Shown here piece by piece: positions 61,371 to 64,000 of a stretch of DNA of 64,000 bases (its first letter is position 1; every line of letters starts with the position of its first letter). The notes under the pieces are model-generated. The model was not told where the DNA came from, searched no databases, and saw only the letters and a list, made by a program, of their open reading frames with translations. This DNA is from Amphiscolops sp. MND2022 (lineage: Eukaryota). A program made the translations under genes and the position numbers. The DNA lies in contig OZ076411.1 of assembly GCA_964187785.1 (NCBI GenBank), positions 23,560,001 to 23,624,000 of the forward strand, written 5' to 3'.

Positions 61371-64000
61371 AAAATCAATTTTCTTCTCCAAAAGTCCTCG
61401 GTAAGTCACATAATGCCGGAAAACTCTATACTCGCAAAATGCTTAATTTCTGTTAAAATTCGAAGGCTTCGGTAAAAAAATCAGAATATCGCATAGTGCC
61501 AAAAACCAAAGGGTCTTTCATCTACTTTTGTAAGCATAAAAAATTGGTTTAGAGCGGGACTCAAACCCACGTACTCCTGCTTGTCCTGGTAATCTGCGTT
61601 AACCGGTAAGCCAAGAGGCGGAAGCAAGTTTATAAAATTAAAGAACCTTGAATTTTTTTAAAATTACGTTACATGGTGACTGGAGAAAAAACTTGCTATT
61701 GTAAGTCGTGCTTTTTTTTCGAAAAGCGCCGGTCAAATGCACCAAATGTTGAAGACTTCTAGATAGATTTTAAATTTTGTTCATTTTTTCCTAAACCGGG
61801 GAACCAACATGCTACGAAAACGTTTTCACCGTTGATATTTGTGTGGAAGAAACGCTATCCTTTCAGAACACCTTTGAGTTCGCTGCCCTGCTCGAAGAGG
61901 CGATAAGCACTTCAAATAGTTCACAAGCTTTTTCGAAAAAAATCCTGTCTCACTATCAAAGAGCCGGTAAAGTTTCGAAGACGGCCCTAGACATTTTCAT
62001 AAATTATACTTTCAGCGAGAACCAAACATTTATAGGTGAAAAAGCAGGCGATACAACATCAATAGAGCTCATTGCGAGGAACTGCGTTGACCACATCATT
62101 CCTAGAAGTTACAATGGGGAATCTAAGAAACATCGAATGCATAGACTACAAGTTTGACATAACTTGACCATAAAACGCAACGTGGCAGTAACGAGGCTTG
62201 GTGCGAACAACATGCACACAAGATAATTGAATGCAGCGGTTCTCCCATGAAAGTATTTGAACGAATGATCTCTCGTTCGCTTCCTCTCAACAAGGGGTAA
62301 ATCCGCAACACGTTCTCAAATAAAACGTACTCAATGCTACATAAATATACATTTCGAATTAGCACATTGTCTAGATTACCGCTGTGAAGTTACTACACAG
62401 AACTTCAATAAAACAGATTAGACGGCCAGTTAGTCTTAAACATGTGACATGAAACAAACATAGTTTCCCATTTTGTTCACGCTTCACTCCGCACCCCCAA
62501 AACTTATTAACCAGAGAAACATTAGAACCAAGCATGGTTTCAATTCTCGTTGTTTAAAAAATTAATTATCTGAACTCGCCATATATTAGGACTTGACACA
62601 ATTTAAGAGGCGTTAAGTTCAAACGGTCAATATCAAAATGCATACAAAAATGAAACAAGATTCTATTCACGGCAGATTTAAATAACTTCGTTAAAAAACG
62701 AAACATTTCTTGCGAACTTTTTTTATTCGTTACATTGGAAGAGCAGCAGATTTTAGCTCATTCAGCGATTAATTTTCAAAGCATGAAGAGCTAGAACAAG
62801 TCAGTGCCAAACATGCCAGCGAGGAAATTCTCCCTTTATTGTTTTAATCAGAGATTACGGGTCATTTTGGCTTTCTTTGTTTTGTAATCGTGTCTGTTTA
62901 AGGCCCGCTAATCTCTCGTGGTTAAAATCGCTACAAGCAAACTTATGCACGGCAAAGCGGTATGCACGGCCTTCTCTGCCTGAATAAAAACAAGGAAAGA
63001 AAAATGAAGGAAATGATACTAGTGAACTTTACCTGTTAAAAATACGATTTCCTCTTTGACCAGCCACAGAAGTTTGTCTGACGAGAGTCCCGCTGTATTT
63101 TCACCTAGAATGAGTCACAATAATTTCAAGAAATATAAAATGTCACATTCCTCCTATTGCGAATCTTTGAAAAACTTCCAATACACTATGCACTATAATT
63201 TCGATGCTGAAATTTTCATATAATCAATTGGCACCAATGTTCCGGGAGCAAAACATTCTCGAAGTTTTATCGGAATTGCACGGGGTGTCTTTTGATCTAG
63301 AATCAAACAAAAATTACAAAGTCATAACAGTTAGCTCATTTTTTAAAAACTTTCGGCAGTCTCAGAAACCGCTGCTCGTAACAAATACATGCGACAAACT
63401 TTGTACCTTTGCTTCAGATAATTTTTGTGTTTTATACATTCTGAAAGCGTCCTCCTTAAGGATTTACAATGCAAAATGCGAGTTGTTTAATTTTTACTCT
63501 GTGAAAATATTGTTTGAAAGAATTTTGGCTGTTCATCTTCCAAGAAAAAATTTCAGAAAGTTCTATTAATTCTAAGTTGAAGAAAGGAGTCAAAGCTACA
63601 AAAATATTCTATAAGGTTTTTTCTGGCCAGTAGTTTTAAGATATTGCATAACACATTGCAAAAAATTCCGAAGTTCCTCAAAGTCCTATGCGATATAGCT
63701 TCTTGTAGTTTTATTCGATTTCAAAGAAAATGTAATTTTGATCAATATCTGAGAAACTTCCGCTTTTTGAACTTATTTGTCAATTGCATGATCTGAAAAA
63801 AATGCGCTTCCAAAGTTTTTGCCTGTGATATTAGCTGTCTTTAGCTTTTTGGTACCCTAGGGTATCAATAATTAGAATTTAAATTGAAAAATTTGAAAGA
63901 TATGGTGAAGGCACTTCAAAAATTCATGTAGGGCATGATCAACAATCAAACTATTCACGCGTGTCACTTTGGTCCCAAAACTGTAAACAATGGTACTATA

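Overview
This is AT-rich eukaryotic (invertebrate-like metazoan) genomic DNA, and no prokaryotic features are present. Almost the whole window is one minus-strand gene of the TRIO/Kalirin/UNC-73 family. I traced a phase-consistent GT-AG exon chain from about 57.3 kb down to about 5.8 kb. It encodes Sec14 (CRAL-TRIO), spectrin repeats, DH1-PH1 (Rac/RhoG-type GEF1) and a long low-complexity linker carrying the conserved KWLTSPVR motif. The first coding exon and one junction near 55 kb are unresolved, and GEF2 probably lies beyond the left edge. I could not find the SH3 domain normally present after PH1. There are candidate alternative first and last exons that would give GEF1-only and GEF1-less isoforms. 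Nine of 14 confident donors are GTTAG. The introns are crowded with non-autonomous elements. The dominant family has Helentron/HINE (DINE-1-like) architecture and some copies carry a tRNA-like A/B-box segment. Also present are a second HINE-like family, piggyBac-type and Tc1/mariner-type MITEs, a decayed hAT transposase and recent tandem duplications. Exon boundaries were derived by hand and family assignments come from recalled motifs, not database searches.
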